A stretch of DNA of 64,000 nt, from the NCBI GenBank assembly GCA_964035545.1, contig OZ037768.1, positions 23,965,319 to 24,029,318 of the forward strand, read 5' to 3'. A model generated the notes under the pieces. That model saw only the letters and a list, made by a program, of their open reading frames with translations. It did no database searches and had not been told where the DNA came from. Origin of the DNA: Bugula neritina. Taxonomy: Eukaryota > Animalia > Bryozoa. Shown here piece by piece: positions 62,095-64,000 of the stretch (position 1 is its first letter; every line of letters starts with the position of its first letter). A program made the position numbers and the translations under genes.

Positions 62095-63260
62095 GTAAGA
62101 ACTATGGCTACGTATCACAGCAGTAGCTAATATAACAGCAGCAGCTGATAGGTGTTTGGGTTGTGACAGCAATGGAATAAGTATATTTCATCAATTACCT
62201 TTCCTTGAAAATGCTTTATAAAATAACCTGTCGAGTACCACATAGCATAACAAATGAAACATCAAGCAATGGTCTTGCTTATAATGATCAAACTGAACTA
62301 ATGTGTCTTTAGATTTTTAAGATGAAATATGTCAATACATGTTAGCAGAGTGAATTTTTATTTAGTCGTTGTCTATTACAATTACTGCACCGAAAAAATT
62401 GAGCTTCAATCAAAGCAATACATGTATACTGCTGCTTGAAGATCAAAGATGTTTCTGTAACTATCTGGCAGGTTTCTGTAGGAAACTTTCTACAAAGTAA
62501 AATTTTAACAATAAATTGTGTTTTCAGTCTAAAATGACATTTAAAATCAATTCTTAGCTGTTATTACATTATTATCTTTGATTGCCAATTTGTAATAATT
62601 TTAGTTTTCTAATGCAATAACTAGCTGTAGCAATGTTTTAAGCTAATTTGCTAAATTAATTTTGTCTCATAGACCAAAGGCAAACGAGTAAATAAAACTT
62701 ACAGGCTGTATATGATAATTATAACAATAATGTCGTTAAACTCAGGATTTTGGATCTGAAATAGAACTTTGCATTAAAAAACATCTTTACATTGAACCAT
62801 GACTGAGCTAGTTGGTAGTTTGAGTCTGTCAATATTTAATTATTTTTGTTTGTTGAAAACTCCAATTGATGTGAGGTAATAATGGATAGGTAAAGTTAGA
62901 TGAATGGACTCTTTAATTGATTTTGTCATTATCTGTAATATTATATAATCATAGCTGAATGAATAATAATCACTATAGCATGAAATGAAAAACTTTAGTA
63001 GCAAATGAATTAAATTGAGCCTTACTTATTCTAATATCTATAGCATCATCATTAACCAATGTTGCACATATGATCTGGTTAAACAGGGAACCAATTTGTT
63101 TGTATCACAGCCCTTTACTGGTTTATCAGCTCTTTATTCAAAAGTAACATAAAAGAAAACAAGTTTATGAGATAAAGAGAAGTAAATACTTTAATTATCT
63201 GAATAACACCAATGGCTTTATTTTCAATCTTATTTCATCATTAACAAAATTATTTACGTT

Positions 63261-64000
63261 TCAATTGATGTCTCCAGGTCGTATAGCTCTATTAGTACGA
63301 GTAAATAATCTTAGTATACTCTTTACACGGTCGATGTACTTGGGATGAAAATATATGAACATTATTGCATTTGCAATGCCATAGACTGAAAGTAAAATAG
63401 CACTAGTTGCTTCTATTACAATTGCCACTGGTGGAAAAAAGTTAATAGTCTGACAAAGTACATAGACAACGACAAGCAAAATATTAAATAGATAGACAAC
63501 ATAACTCCAGATAATGTATTTACTAGCTGATATTATTAGTTTATCATCAGGTGAGTTTCTTTGAGTCATGGCTTTTAGTTCTCGCCATACTTTTACCAGC
63601 AGAACAGATATTACAAGTGAGAGGATCAGGTTTTGAAGTGCATAGCAAATATACACTACTCTATATTCCAGTGAGGTTGGTATAATTTGAATGTTCAATA
63701 GTTTCCAGCAAAACTTTAGCTCTGGTATCAGACCAAGAGCAAAAGAAGTTGACAACCCAATAAGATATAAAGCTCCAGTGAAATACTTCATGTTGCTAAT
63801 AAAAAAGTGTGTGCTATAGCTGTGCGGATGACAGACTCCAATATACTTTTCAATAGCCGAAACTAAAAATACAATGAATCTGAGAAAAATTACGTAGGCC
63901 ACTCCAGAAATTGTAAGCTTTGAGATCCAATAAGCAGTTTGTGTGTGAAGATGTAGTATAGCTTGCTTAATTCTGCAGCTGAAGTAGATAGATGAAATAC
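63261..64000 (-). CDS. Rhodopsin-class (class A) GPCR, chemoreceptor-like, 5' truncated by the window edge
   Basis: Frame is open from the window edge to TGA at 63261 with no intron in the visible part. Five hydrophobic helices are visible, with SAIEKYIGVCHP (D/ERY region) and YGIANAIMFIYFHPKY (NPxxY region). Confidence 0.85.
   Translation of the reverse strand, partial: ISSIYFSCRIKQAILHLHTQTAYWISKLTISGVAYVIFLRFIVFLVSAIEKYIGVCHPHSYSTHFFISNMKYFTGALYLIGLSTSFALGLIPELKFCWKLLNIQIIPTSLEYRVVYICYALQNLILSLVISVLLVKVWRELKAMTQRNSPDDKLIISASKYIIWSYVVYLFNILLVVVYVLCQTINFFPPVAIVIEATSAILLSVYGIANAIMFIYFHPKYIDRVKSILRLFTRTNRAIRPGDIN

Overview
AT-rich, intron-containing animal genomic DNA, not prokaryotic. Gene content suggests a lophotrochozoan invertebrate, possibly a bryozoan; this is an inference only. 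I reconstructed nine protein-coding loci by hand from GT-AG boundaries and reading phase. (1) Minus strand: a C-type-lectin/CCP(Sushi) protein running off the left edge. (2) Minus: an N-terminally anchored protein with two START-like domains. (3) Minus: a paralogous CCP4-CTLD-CCP5-TM receptor. (4) Minus: NOXRED1-like. (5) Plus: SLC25A1 mitochondrial citrate carrier, head-to-head with NOXRED1. (6) Minus: a tektin-3/5-like gene. (7) Minus: PACSIN/syndapin. (8) Plus: an uncharacterised secreted protein running off the right edge. (9) Minus: an uninterrupted rhodopsin-class GPCR ORF, apparently nested in an intron of gene 8. Mobile elements include a Harbinger-type MITE (TAA target-site duplication) and tRNA-derived SINE-like copies. 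The most striking unexplained pattern is that unrelated, locus-specific minisatellites sit at intron ends. Several have repeat units that contain the splice junction itself, creating arrays of up to about 25 decoy donors or about 7 decoy acceptors, while long stretches far from exons have almost no such arrays. Exon coordinates are manual and may be off by a few bases.
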